A DNA stretch of 64,000 nucleotides. It comes from a virus. Its lineage: Duplodnaviria > Caudoviricetes. The translations under genes and the position numbers were made by a program. Positions within the stretch are counted from its first letter, which is position 1; every line of letters begins with the position of its first letter. Where the stretch lies: positions 32,001 through 96,000 of the IMG/VR virus record IMGVR_UViG_3300015607_000582; one strand, given 5' to 3'. Shown in pieces: positions 49,727 through 59,723 of this stretch. Under the pieces are notes generated by a model. The model did no database searches. It was given only the letters and a program-made list of their open reading frames with translations, and was not told where the DNA came from.

Positions 49727-52700
49727 CTACTGCTTGGGCCTGAAGGGGTCACCCGCCGCGCTCAGCGCAGCGATGTCGTCGTAGTTGACCCACCCGGTGG
49801 CGTAGTGCGGATGGAGCTTGCCGACATCGTTGAGCGGGATGTGGACGAGCACCATCTTCATGAACGGCTCGATGTCGACCACCTCGCCCCGGCGTCCGGG
49901 CTGCAGATCCGCATACTGGTCGCGCCACTCGGGTGCGCCATTCGGGCCGCTGTCGGCGTTGACGCGCTGCTGCAGCTCCGGGTGCCACCCAAGGTCGAGC
50001 GTCCGGTAGATGGGCAGACCGTCCTGCGACTCGCCGATGGGCTGCGCGCCCGGAATCGGGATCTTGCCCCCGCGCACCTCCAGCGTCACGGGCTTGCGGA
50101 GCTGGAAGATGGCCTTCTGGTTGCTCTTGCGCGACATGGCGTACCACGCCTCGACATCCTGCTCCGCCCCGAAGTGGAACTCGGAGCGACGCAGGGCCGT
50201 GACCGAGGCGAGCACCGCCACCTTGATGCGCTCGTAGCGGTACGGGTCGCCCGCCATCTTCCTGACCTGCGCCTCGTAGTGCTCATGCGCGAAGCAGACC
50301 GGCACCTCGTCCCCTCCGCCGAACCGCATGATCGTCTTGGCGGGCTCGCCGCAGTGACGACACACGGGGGCCGCGACCTTCGAGTACAGGTGCGCCGGGT
50401 GGGTCGGAGACCAAGCGATGGCGTTGGCTGGAGCGCCCGGCTCGTCCACCCGCCGAGCACTGGGCTCGATGAGCGGCTGCTGGGGGCGCGGCCCCTCGGG
50501 GTGCTCAGACAGGTTGTGCTCGGGCACCCACCGCTGGCCCTTGGACGTGTCGTCGTAGCGAACCTCGTACTGCCAGTACGAGCCGACCGCGTGGGCCGAG
50601 CCATTGTTCGTCGGATCGAGCCACCTGCGCTCGACGACCACTCCGGGCTCGCGCAGGTAGCCCACGTAGGTGTGCGCGCCGACCTCGAACTTGGGCGGCG
50701 TGGTCAGGTGCGACAGCGGCACCTGCATGTGCTTCACGCCCGGCAGGGTGGCCGCCGCAGGGGCGACTGCATTCCCGAGCGGATAGTCGGAGGCGGGTCG
50801 GCCATTGACGGCAGGGAAGTTGACCAAGAACGGGTTGTGCGGATCCTGCTCGACGCCCTCCAGCGGCTCCTCGCCCCACCTGCGATGTCGGACGTCAGTC
50901 AGGTTCGACTTGAGCAGCTCGAAGCCGTGCAGGATGCTGTTGTAGAATCGTTCGAGGTGCGTGCCGGTGTCGAACTGCTGGTTGTTCTGCTCGCGGGCAT
51001 GGGCACTGACACTCCGCACCGCACCGGCAGCGACGTTCAGCTCGCCGACGATGCGCGTGGCGATCCGGATCAGCTCCGGTCGAAGCGGATCGCCGCGCTC
51101 GTCGGTCGGGGACGTCAGGAAGCGACGCTGCAGATTGCGGGCCATCTCCTCAAGCGAGCCCGCCGTACCGTCGGGATTGCTGAAGCCCCAGTTGCGACCG
51201 CCGTGAGCCTCCATGTTGCAGCCCGCCGTGGCGAGAGCCGCGATGGCCTGAGACAGCTCGTCCTCGTCGTAGTTGACGCCCCAACTCGACTCCTCGGTGC
51301 CACTCAGTTCAAGGATGTGCTCGACCAGCTCCTCCTCGACCTTCTCCCAGTCGATCTCATCGACGTAGTGCGCTTCTTGGTAGTCGCGCGTCTCGCCGTC
51401 GTCGTCGTACTCGTACTCGCTGCTGGCGGTGAAGCGGTCGAAGTCGTCCTTGAAGTCGATGGCGTCGTCGAGGTCGGTGATGCTGAACGACTCGCCGTCG
51501 TGCCAGTAGTCGCCGTAGTGCTCGCGCCGCTCCTCCAGCCGCCGCTCCTCGTCGTAGCCGAACTCGTGATGGTCGTAGGCGGCGCTGTCGTTCTCCTCTG
51601 ATCGGTCGACGGTGATGTCGTACTTGGCGGCGACGTCGTTGTAGAAGCGCACCATGATGTCGGAGACAGGGTTCTTGCCGGAGCGTTCGACGCTGCGCTC
51701 GTCGAGCGGCTGGTTGTCGTTGGCGCGCACCTCCAGCGGCACCCACTCGTTCGCGTAGGGAAAGCCGCCACGCCTCCCGCGCAGACCGATGAACAGCGAC
51801 GCGAGCGGTCGACCCGACTGACTCCGCAGGCCGACGGCGATCTGGTTGCCGTCGTAGATCGGCGCACGGTACTGCTCGCCGTATGAGCTGTCAGAATCGG
51901 CGTAGCAGTGGCTGAGCATCTCACCATGGCGCTCCATGGAGTCGCTGTCGTTCGGGTCGAGGACGACCGCGTAGTTGCCCTTCTTGTCCTCCCAGACCTT
52001 CTTGTCCTCGTCGTCCCAGTAGATCGAGTTCGTCTCGGGGTCGAGGCCGATGCTCTCCAGCTCCCCCACCCACGAGCGCAAGCTGGAGAAGTCATCGCCC
52101 TTGGGGTCGAAGCCGCCTCCGCCAACCTCGCGGTCGCCGTACATCCGCTGCCACTCGATGAAGGGGATCGCGTTGTCGAGCGTCGAGAGGTCGTAGCTGT
52201 TGACGGGGTTGAGGCGCTTGGCCTTCACCTCCTCGGCGATCCACGGGTAGATGGTCGCTGCCTCGGGATCCAGACCCTCGATGAGCTGGGAGATGACCTG
52301 CAAGTTCGTCAGCCCGGCACCCTCGCCGTCGTACTCGCTGCCGCGCTTGACCATCTTCGGCGGCTTCGACCACCCCTCGACACGGAGCTGCGCGATCCAG
52401 TAGGCGTCGCCGATGATCTCCCTGATCTCCTCGGTCAGGGGAACCTTGCGCTCCTGTCCGTCGCCGAGATCGAGGAACAGCTCATCCGAGAGCGGGATCG
52501 CGCGCAGGCTGTGGCGGACTTTGCTGACACGCCAGAGGTTGCCGGGGGAGATGGTGAAGTGGGCGTCGTTGTCCCAGCCCTCATCGGAGTCTGGCTGGAC
52601 GCCCGCCTCGCGCATGATCGCATCGAAGAGCTTGACGTACTCGCCGCCCCATCGACGCCAGATGAACTCGGGCGACGTGTTGCGCACGACGTCGCCCTCC

Positions 52701-52951
52701 ATGATCCGACGCGGGTCGAACGGCTCCTTGGCCCACTTCTGGGGCTCAAGCTGCTTGAGCAGCGACTCGCGCTTGCGCTCCGCGTACTCGGGGTCGACCG
52801 CCGCCGTGCGACGAAGACCAGACGCCAGCGAGCGCATGACGTAGTCGTGAACCGGGTTGGTTCGATGCACCTCGCCGCAGTGGGGGCACGGGCGCTCGTC
52901 GTCGCCACCGATCCAGTTGGCGAGCGTGCCTTCGCTCCATCCGTCGATCAT
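49727..52951 (-). CDS. Large multidomain (polyvalent-like) protein with PcfJ-like domain
   Basis: 1074 aa; HGEMLSHCY...LRSQSGRP...EVRANDNQ, acidic tract, SH3-like and Zn-binding segments. Confidence 0.75.
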   Translation of the reverse strand: MIDGWSEGTLANWIGGDDERPCPHCGEVHRTNPVHDYVMRSLASGLRRTAAVDPEYAERKRESLLKQLEPQKWAKEPFDPRRIMEGDVVRNTSPEFIWRRWGGEYVKLFDAIMREAGVQPDSDEGWDNDAHFTISPGNLWRVSKVRHSLRAIPLSDELFLDLGDGQERKVPLTEEIREIIGDAYWIAQLRVEGWSKPPKMVKRGSEYDGEGAGLTNLQVISQLIEGLDPEAATIYPWIAEEVKAKRLNPVNSYDLSTLDNAIPFIEWQRMYGDREVGGGGFDPKGDDFSSLRSWVGELESIGLDPETNSIYWDDEDKKVWEDKKGNYAVVLDPNDSDSMERHGEMLSHCYADSDSSYGEQYRAPIYDGNQIAVGLRSQSGRPLASLFIGLRGRRGGFPYANEWVPLEVRANDNQPLDERSVERSGKNPVSDIMVRFYNDVAAKYDITVDRSEENDSAAYDHHEFGYDEERRLEERREHYGDYWHDGESFSITDLDDAIDFKDDFDRFTASSEYEYDDDGETRDYQEAHYVDEIDWEKVEEELVEHILELSGTEESSWGVNYDEDELSQAIAALATAGCNMEAHGGRNWGFSNPDGTAGSLEEMARNLQRRFLTSPTDERGDPLRPELIRIATRIVGELNVAAGAVRSVSAHAREQNNQQFDTGTHLERFYNSILHGFELLKSNLTDVRHRRWGEEPLEGVEQDPHNPFLVNFPAVNGRPASDYPLGNAVAPAAATLPGVKHMQVPLSHLTTPPKFEVGAHTYVGYLREPGVVVERRWLDPTNNGSAHAVGSYWQYEVRYDDTSKGQRWVPEHNLSEHPEGPRPQQPLIEPSARRVDEPGAPANAIAWSPTHPAHLYSKVAAPVCRHCGEPAKTIMRFGGGDEVPVCFAHEHYEAQVRKMAGDPYRYERIKVAVLASVTALRRSEFHFGAEQDVEAWYAMSRKSNQKAIFQLRKPVTLEVRGGKIPIPGAQPIGESQDGLPIYRTLDLGWHPELQQRVNADSGPNGAPEWRDQYADLQPGRRGEVVDIEPFMKMVLVHIPLNDVGKLHPHYATGWVNYDDIAALSAAGDPFRPKQ

Positions 52952-55900
52952 CGCCAGTTCTCCTCGAAGTTGCTCATGTCAGTCGACCGCTCAGCGATCA
53001 GGTTGTCAGGGCCGACCCATCCCTCGTGACCGTCATCAAACTGGACGTGGTAGACGGTGCCACCCTCGAAGAGGCCGTCGGGCTCATGCTTGACCTCGAT
53101 CACCCGGCCCGGCTTGTCGATGACCTCCGGCCAGTCGGGGATCTTGGCACGGGCATCTGGATGCGTGACGAGGCGGTAGATGACGCGATCTCCGCCCTTG
53201 AAGCGGTAGTCCGTCGCGCGCAGCTCCTCGGGCACCTCGTGGATGCGGCGGTTGTACTCGGCTCGATGAAGTTCGGTCCACGCCTGCCGCTCGTCCTCGT
53301 CCATCTCGCCATCAAGGTAGCGGCGGTTCTGCTCGGCCATGAAATCATCGACTCTGCCGTCGGCACGCCAGTAGTCTTCGTACTCGTCGCCCACAGACGA
53401 GTACGTGCCGGGGAACTGGGTCGGGTTGCCGGGGTTCTCCCAGCCGGGCGGGTTCGCGCCGGGGATCGACGTCGGGTTGGTCGGCGGCACCGGCTGACCG
53501 CCGGGCGGCGCGGTGATGTCGAACAGCTTGAACTGGCCGGGGCCGGGGCCCTTCTTGCGCTGCGGCGGGGTGAACGGGTTCGCCGGGCGCGGCGCGATGG
53601 GGCCGGGCGGCGGGCCCGCAGGCTGCGCTGGCATCTGCTGCTCGATCTGCTCGCGCATGTCCGGCAGCGAGATGATCGGCGGCTTGTCGTCGGGGCTGAA
53701 CGAGCGCGGGAGCTTGTCGAGATCGAGGCCGAGGTCGGCCCGCTGCTCGTCCATGCCGGGAATCTGGCCCTTGTTGCGCTCGAACAGCTCGTCCTCCGAG
53801 AACGGGGTGACGCGCTGGCCCGGCGCGGGCTTGAAGGCGGGGTCGAGCGCCTTCAGCTCCTCGATGCCTTCGAGCGGATGCGACTTGCTCGCCCAGTACA
53901 GCGCCCGGACGTGAGAGCACGGGCGGCCCTCCAGCCGCTTCCACTTGCGAGTGCGCCCCCACGCATACTGCGACCACTTGCAACCGCAGTGCCACATGTC
54001 GATGCTGGACGACCTCGGGTCAGTCGACTCGATCTCGACCTCGTAGTCGCCATGGTCGCCGATGACATGGCCCTGCGTGAGGATGCCGGGCTTGGTGGGG
54101 TGAATGCCGTGGTAGTTGACGGTGACCTTGCCATCGCGAATCAGGCGCATGGACTTCTGCATGGTGTTCTCGGCCACCACGAGGCGCATCCCGAGCCCGA
54201 GCCCCGCGACCTTCGCGATGTGCTCCCCGGTCAGCTTCTCGATTGCGGGATGGAGCCCCGCGTTGGCGATGGCCTTGTACGCCACGTTGGCGTCGCTGAA
54301 GTCTCCGAGCCCGGCGCGCTGTGCCTCCTGCCGCGACTTGTGGAGCTGGTGCCAGAACTCGCGTGCCGCATCGGGCGCGTACATGAGCAGCAGCTTCATC
54401 TTGTCGACGACCATCTCGGCGTAGGCGCGCAGCGAGGGGCGCACCTCCTTCGCCATCGACTTGTCCGGCGGCACGATCCACTCGCGCTTGTCGAGGTCGT
54501 AGCCCGAGCGCAGGCCGGGCTTGTACAGGTCCTCGCGGCGGATGTCAGCCGGAACCACGTACGCCTGCAGCGGGATGTCAGTTCCCGGCAGCTTGGTGCC
54601 GTCGACGCTGCCGACCATCACCTTGACGAGGTCGGCCCGAACCCAGTCGGGCATCCGGGCGGCGTCGACGAAGAGGCTGACGTCGAAGTCGGACGGGCCG
54701 GTGTCATCGTACTGGTACGTCGTCAGCGAGCCGGTCAGGACGAGCGACAGGTACTGGTCGGGGTCAGGCCATCCGGCGGCGACCATGGCGTCGGTGATGG
54801 TCTTGCGGACGAAGTCGATGATCTCGGGCTTGACGTCAGGGGTCGCCGACGACGGGTTGTCGAAGACGTGCGAGCTGAGCTGGTCGCGCACCGGGTCGAG
54901 GATGTTCGCAGTGCGCCGCTGGCGCAGGTGCGGGTAGTCGTCAAGGATCGCCTCGTCAATCGCATCGAGGTCAATACCTCGCTGAAGCGCATCCTTGACG
55001 AAATCCTCGTGCGTCCAGAGCCACGACTTGTCTGGCACGACGCCCGATACGCTGCCGACATCCTCGGCTTCGTTCTGGTACCAATACCCAGTGTCGTCCC
55101 ACCCCTCGTTGATGGCGTGGTTCGCGTATGCGTCGCCCGAACCTCCGTGCCAGTCCCCCATGTCCCCGCCGTTGAACGGATACCCCATCTCGTGAGCGTC
55201 CGCCATATCGTCTTCTCGATGGGGAGAGACACGAACGGGGATGAAGGTCGGCTTGGTGTGCCAGTCCTTGGGCCCCTTGTGCCATGTGTCCGCAGTCTCT
55301 GCGCGCAGCGCATCGAGCGGCTCGTGCGGCTGCCACTTGAGGCTGCTGGCATTGCCGCCAGCGAGATTCGCAGTCATCGCTTCGTACGCCGCCTTCTGCG
55401 TGCCGAAGTGGATGACGCCGTCCCCCATCTCCCCGGCCGGGGTCGCGTGCCAAAGCGTGTCGGGGTGACGCTCGAACTCCCACTTGGTCATCTCATGGGG
55501 CTCGCGCTCATCATGGCGAAGGCTGCCCGAGCCGGGCTCTACACGATGCTCCCAGTCCTCCCAGAGCGCGTGCGCCTCGGCGATCATGCGCTCGGTCTCG
55601 TGGTACGGGTCGATCAGGTCGCCCGTGGCGAGTGACACGAGTACGCGGTCGCGGTCGACCGACGCGAGATGGCGCTCGGCGGTCTCGAAGCCGATCATCG
55701 CCACGCGCACGAGCGCGCCCGGCCCGCAGTGACGGGTGACGACCTCGCGCACGGTGTCGGGCTCGACGCCTTCGACGGCGATGTGGAGGTCGCCGGGCTG
55801 CATGGGCCGTCGCTGGACGACGTCGCGGACGGTCTCGCCTGCGACGTAGACGGTGCCGTACTCCAGCAGCTCCTGCGCGGGCTCCCAGAGCGGATCGCAG

Positions 55901-56226
55901 GCGAGGAGCTTGATGCACTTGGCCGCGATGTTCGACGACGCGAGGCGGTACCGCTCCTCGCCGACCAGCCGGTAGATGTGCTTGATCTCCAGCTCCGGGT
56001 GCATGGTGTACCAGAGCCGCGTCAGGTGGAACACCGTCCACGGCATGTCCGTGTCCGTGCGGATCTGCAGATTGCCCTTCGGGTCGTAGACGCCTTCGAC
56101 GATGCCGCCGGGGTTGAACTTACCGGAGATGTCTGCGTGCCGCTCGCCGGGCTGGCCGACGTAGACGCGGTCGCCCTCGATGTCGTAGATCATCGGGATG
56201 GGGCCATGCAGCTCGACGTCAGGCAT
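52948..56226 (-). CDS. Large multidomain protein: degenerate CCA/PAP-like head, ART-like domain, Pol-beta nucleotidyltransferase, SWIM finger, SH3-like domain
   Basis: VAGETVRD..DLHIAV; LWHAT..IHFGT..Y.NEAED; LTGSL...SDFDV; CGCKW...PCSH. Confidence 0.75.
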   Translation of the reverse strand: MPDVELHGPIPMIYDIEGDRVYVGQPGERHADISGKFNPGGIVEGVYDPKGNLQIRTDTDMPWTVFHLTRLWYTMHPELEIKHIYRLVGEERYRLASSNIAAKCIKLLACDPLWEPAQELLEYGTVYVAGETVRDVVQRRPMQPGDLHIAVEGVEPDTVREVVTRHCGPGALVRVAMIGFETAERHLASVDRDRVLVSLATGDLIDPYHETERMIAEAHALWEDWEHRVEPGSGSLRHDEREPHEMTKWEFERHPDTLWHATPAGEMGDGVIHFGTQKAAYEAMTANLAGGNASSLKWQPHEPLDALRAETADTWHKGPKDWHTKPTFIPVRVSPHREDDMADAHEMGYPFNGGDMGDWHGGSGDAYANHAINEGWDDTGYWYQNEAEDVGSVSGVVPDKSWLWTHEDFVKDALQRGIDLDAIDEAILDDYPHLRQRRTANILDPVRDQLSSHVFDNPSSATPDVKPEIIDFVRKTITDAMVAAGWPDPDQYLSLVLTGSLTTYQYDDTGPSDFDVSLFVDAARMPDWVRADLVKVMVGSVDGTKLPGTDIPLQAYVVPADIRREDLYKPGLRSGYDLDKREWIVPPDKSMAKEVRPSLRAYAEMVVDKMKLLLMYAPDAAREFWHQLHKSRQEAQRAGLGDFSDANVAYKAIANAGLHPAIEKLTGEHIAKVAGLGLGMRLVVAENTMQKSMRLIRDGKVTVNYHGIHPTKPGILTQGHVIGDHGDYEVEIESTDPRSSSIDMWHCGCKWSQYAWGRTRKWKRLEGRPCSHVRALYWASKSHPLEGIEELKALDPAFKPAPGQRVTPFSEDELFERNKGQIPGMDEQRADLGLDLDKLPRSFSPDDKPPIISLPDMREQIEQQMPAQPAGPPPGPIAPRPANPFTPPQRKKGPGPGQFKLFDITAPPGGQPVPPTNPTSIPGANPPGWENPGNPTQFPGTYSSVGDEYEDYWRADGRVDDFMAEQNRRYLDGEMDEDERQAWTELHRAEYNRRIHEVPEELRATDYRFKGGDRVIYRLVTHPDARAKIPDWPEVIDKPGRVIEVKHEPDGLFEGGTVYHVQFDDGHEGWVGPDNLIAERSTDMSNFEENWR

Positions 56227-59158
56227 GGGGCTCTCCGTTCAGTCCGATGTGCGATGGCGGGAACAGCTCGGGCGGGCGCGGGTCGCCCCACACGTCGCGC
56301 TCAGGGCCGACGTAGTCGCCAACGTGGACTGCCGGTCGGCCGATCTTGTCGCGGAACTCCGCCATCGGCCCCATCCTGCGCACGACGGTGACGGGAACGT
56401 GCGTGTGGCCGAGGCTCTCTGCCATCTCAAGGCGGTGGTGGCCCTCGCCGAGGTAGGCATGGCCGTCGGCAGCACTCCACTCCAGCATGAGCGGCTGGTT
56501 GATGCCGTGCTCGGCGATGTGGTCGCGGAGGCGCGCGAAGCTGACATCGTCGTTGATCCTGTCGCCTCCCGTCCGGTCGAACTCCGCGAACCGCCTGACT
56601 TCGGAGATCGGCATCATCTCGGCGAACTGCATCTGCCATCCCGGCTTCTCGCTGTACTGCTGCCACTTCGGGGTCTCGCCACGGTCGATGGACGACCAGT
56701 CGGGCTCCTGCGCCCATGGCGCGGCCGTCTTCGGCCGTCGGATGCGCTCCGGAAGCTGGCTCCCGTACTGCTCGCGCCAGTCGCCATGATCCCAGTCGGT
56801 GACGTAGCTCGGGTGGATGGGGCCACGGTGCGTCATGCCCGCATCGTGGGGCACACGCGGCTCGTCGTGCCAATCCTCCTCGGGAGGGTAGGGGTCGGCG
56901 TAGTTGCGCAGGCTCTCGTGGAGATCCTCGGGCAGGTGCGGCCAGAGCCGAATCGCCTCGGGGATGCGAACCCGATCCTTGCTCGATCCGGGCAGCTCCT
57001 CCGGCGGCACCTCGCCGTGCTGTGTGACCGCGTCCCAGATGTCATGCGTGGGGTCGTACCACTCATCCCATCCGTGCGTGCCGCGCTCCAGCTCGTGAGG
57101 CTCGTAGTCGTCCTCCTCCTGCGCGACCTGCTTCCACTCGTCGCGCTCGTCCTCTGGGCGGCGCGTGTGGTGGAGGATGTCCGCGAAGTGCTCGGGGTCG
57201 CCCTGAATGCGGCTGGGGTCGAGGCCCTGCATCTTGACGATGACGGGGTCGTTGAGCTTGTTGTTGATCGCCATGGTGCCCGCCCACTGCGCCGCCGTCT
57301 CGTAGTGCGGGAACACGTAGACGTGATCGGTCAGGCGCGGCACCCACTCGACCGTGTGCGAGGGATCCTGCTGGAACCTCGCGGGCAGGATGCCGCTCTG
57401 CTGGATGACCGGCAGGTTGGAGCGATCCGTGACGTGGTACCACTCGTCGTTGAACCGACCCATGCCGACTGCAGTCCAGCCCGCGACGACGCCGAGCTGA
57501 TCCTGCTTGCGCTGGTAGTCGACGAAGTTGTTGGGGAAGGTGGCGTCCATGTTGACGTAGGGGTCGACCTCGCTCGGCAGCGGGTCGGCTCGCGTGTGCT
57601 CGGCGACAGTGTGCTCGCGCCATGCCCCGTAGTCGGGGAAGTGCTCGCCGCACTCGGAGCACTCGTACGCACCGCCGTTGGGCTCGCCCTCGTCGGGGCC
57701 GTCGATGCTCCATCCGGGCGGCGGCATCTGGTCGAACTGGTCGGTGCCCGCCCACTCCTTGTTGCGCCAGTCCTTGACGCCGGGGTTGTTGGGGCCGACG
57801 CCGAAGCCTGCGGCAGTCGTCTGCGACCACGCGACGGCGTCCGGGGACATGTGGCCCCAGTCGTGCTCGACGGCCCCGAAGACGCGACGTGCCTCTTCGA
57901 GCAGGGCGGAGGCGACGCCCGTCCGACGGTACTCGGGCTCAACCTGCACTCCGCCGATGACCCACTGCCCCTGATCGCCCTTCGCGACCGACAGGATGCC
58001 CACGGCCGTCTGCCCCGAGTAGGCGATGAAGTGGTTGAGGGTCTGCTTGATGGCGAAGGACGGCGGCAGCGGCATGGCCGTACGAACGCGACCCTCGACC
58101 TGTCGCATGCGGAAGTTGTAGAGCACCTCGTTGAACGAGCTGTCGATCAGCCACGCGAGCGGGTCTTCGACCTCGGTGACCGTGTAGTCGACCCCGTTGA
58201 GGCGGTAGACGCGGCCGACCTGCGGCACGCCCTCGCTGTCTGGCGTCACCTGCGCGGCGGGGGCGGCCGGGTTGATCGGCTGCACGCCCTCGCCACGGCA
58301 GTTGCAGTCGCCGCGCTCGCACTTGCGGAGCTGCGCCTTGGCGTTCCGGTCGCTACGGTAGTCGCTCGGCGTCGCGGCGACGTTGACCTTGTGCCCATTC
58401 TGCACGAAGCGGAAGTGGCCGCCCGGCAGCGGTACCAGCTCCCACCCGGCCTTCGTGGCCTCGGGGAATCGCTGGAGGATCTTGCGGTTGGCTACGCGCT
58501 CTCGCGGAAGGCGGCGCTCTTGACCTGAGCCTCGCGCAGGCTCTCCGGCGTCGGCTGCCAGCCATCCGTCACGCCGCACGACGGGCAGGGGAAGGTCTCG
58601 CCCTCCCGGTGCGCCACCCGATGCCCGCAGCTCTGGCACGGACGCCTCCAATGACCGCTCGCCGTCTGCACGACGGTCGGGTCGCCCTTCTCGAACTTCT
58701 GCATGGATGGCTTCATGGTCACTCCTCAGTGTGCCCGTTTTCTCCAGATGAGGCAACCCCTGCTCGTCGATCAGCCCCTTGTAGTTCCATCCGTAGGTCT
58801 TGGCGGCCTTCTTGAGCGCCTTCTCGACGATGTCCAGCTTCATGTTGCTCGACAGCAGCTCGAACTCGGCGTCCCAGCGGTCGAACAGGTGCAGGATCCC
58901 CTTGGCGTGGGGCCGTGAGAAGTGCGAATGGCTCGCCATCTCCAGCATGAGCTGGTGATCTGCGGTCGGGTGGATCAACACCTGATCCTTGCCCACGACG
59001 ACCCAGTTGTAGGGCGTCGGCTCGTGGCTGGGCTCGACCCGCGTGTAGTCAGGGCGAGGAGCGAGCGGCTGAACCTTGGGGCGGGCGTCGTTGGCCGCCT
59101 GCGGCTCCTCGGCGGGGTAGGCATCGCTACCGGAGGTGTCAGAGGTTCGGTGCGTCAT
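56219..59158 (-). CDS. Large multidomain protein: HicA-like, GNAT, C2H2 finger, ART-like, ParB-like
   Basis: GGHFRF...TPSD.R; VQVEPEYRRTGVASAL; CSEC...H....H; YHVT...LPVIQQSGI.P; GINQPL...EGHHRL. Continuity across 58490-58730 is uncertain. Confidence 0.7.
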   Translation of the reverse strand: MTHRTSDTSGSDAYPAEEPQAANDARPKVQPLAPRPDYTRVEPSHEPTPYNWVVVGKDQVLIHPTADHQLMLEMASHSHFSRPHAKGILHLFDRWDAEFELLSSNMKLDIVEKALKKAAKTYGWNYKGLIDEQGLPHLEKTGTLRSDHEAIHAEVREGRPDRRADGERSLEASVPELRASGGAPGGRDLPLPVVRRDGWLAADAGEPARGSGQERRLPRERVANRKILQRFPEATKAGWELVPLPGGHFRFVQNGHKVNVAATPSDYRSDRNAKAQLRKCERGDCNCRGEGVQPINPAAPAAQVTPDSEGVPQVGRVYRLNGVDYTVTEVEDPLAWLIDSSFNEVLYNFRMRQVEGRVRTAMPLPPSFAIKQTLNHFIAYSGQTAVGILSVAKGDQGQWVIGGVQVEPEYRRTGVASALLEEARRVFGAVEHDWGHMSPDAVAWSQTTAAGFGVGPNNPGVKDWRNKEWAGTDQFDQMPPPGWSIDGPDEGEPNGGAYECSECGEHFPDYGAWREHTVAEHTRADPLPSEVDPYVNMDATFPNNFVDYQRKQDQLGVVAGWTAVGMGRFNDEWYHVTDRSNLPVIQQSGILPARFQQDPSHTVEWVPRLTDHVYVFPHYETAAQWAGTMAINNKLNDPVIVKMQGLDPSRIQGDPEHFADILHHTRRPEDERDEWKQVAQEEDDYEPHELERGTHGWDEWYDPTHDIWDAVTQHGEVPPEELPGSSKDRVRIPEAIRLWPHLPEDLHESLRNYADPYPPEEDWHDEPRVPHDAGMTHRGPIHPSYVTDWDHGDWREQYGSQLPERIRRPKTAAPWAQEPDWSSIDRGETPKWQQYSEKPGWQMQFAEMMPISEVRRFAEFDRTGGDRINDDVSFARLRDHIAEHGINQPLMLEWSAADGHAYLGEGHHRLEMAESLGHTHVPVTVVRRMGPMAEFRDKIGRPAVHVGDYVGPERDVWGDPRPPELFPPSHIGLNGEPHA
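58492..58716 (-). CDS. Nested alternative-frame Zn-ribbon protein (74 aa)
   Basis: GAGGAG RBS, strong GC3 bias, CQSC...CPSC. Confidence 0.65.
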   Translation of the reverse strand: MKPSMQKFEKGDPTVVQTASGHWRRPCQSCGHRVAHREGETFPCPSCGVTDGWQPTPESLREAQVKSAAFRESA

Positions 59159-59329
59159 GAGGCTTCGACGATTAGGTGTGAGCCCACGACAGGCACTGCG
59201 CGGTCCCCTGCGCCCGAGGCGGCCACGCTGGCCGAAGAGGTCGCGCCCCGGACACAGGGAACCCGCAGTACGAGACCTCGATCACCTCCGCCATCGGACG
59301 ACAACCTCTTCATGGATTAGGCAGAGCAG

Positions 59330-59497
59330 TCAGTCGCTCGCGGGGGCGTCGTCGACCGTCTGGCCCACGCCTCGCCTCGCGCGCTTGGGATGCACATCGC
59401 ACCGAAGGCACACGTATGCAGGCAGCTTCTGCCGCGAGGTACTCTCGGCAGCGAGTTGCCGGACGGAGCCGCACAGACGACAGGTGGCCTCATCCAC
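59330..59497 (-). CDS. Small Zn-finger protein
   Basis: GTG start; CRLC...CLRC. Confidence 0.45.
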   Translation of the reverse strand: MDEATCRLCGSVRQLAAESTSRQKLPAYVCLRCDVHPKRARRGVGQTVDDAPASD

Positions 59498-59723
59498 GCT
59501 TGGATGAACCGAAGCGACCCGGCGAGCCACCCGCGCCCTGAACAGTGCCAAGGCCGAACCCGGATCGGTAGTCGCGCTTGTGCGGCGTGTCCAGCCCCAC
59601 ACCAGCATCATCAACGCCAGCGCAGCTACAGGGAAGCATGAGCGATTCGGAAACCTCATCGAGCCTCAGCTCCCTCTCCGTGACGAACCCACAGCTCTCG
59701 CATCGGTAGTCGTAGACCGGCAT
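59490..59723 (-). CDS. FmdB-family zinc ribbon protein
   Basis: MPVYDYRCESCG. Confidence 0.75.
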   Translation of the reverse strand: MPVYDYRCESCGFVTERELRLDEVSESLMLPCSCAGVDDAGVGLDTPHKRDYRSGFGLGTVQGAGGSPGRFGSSKRG

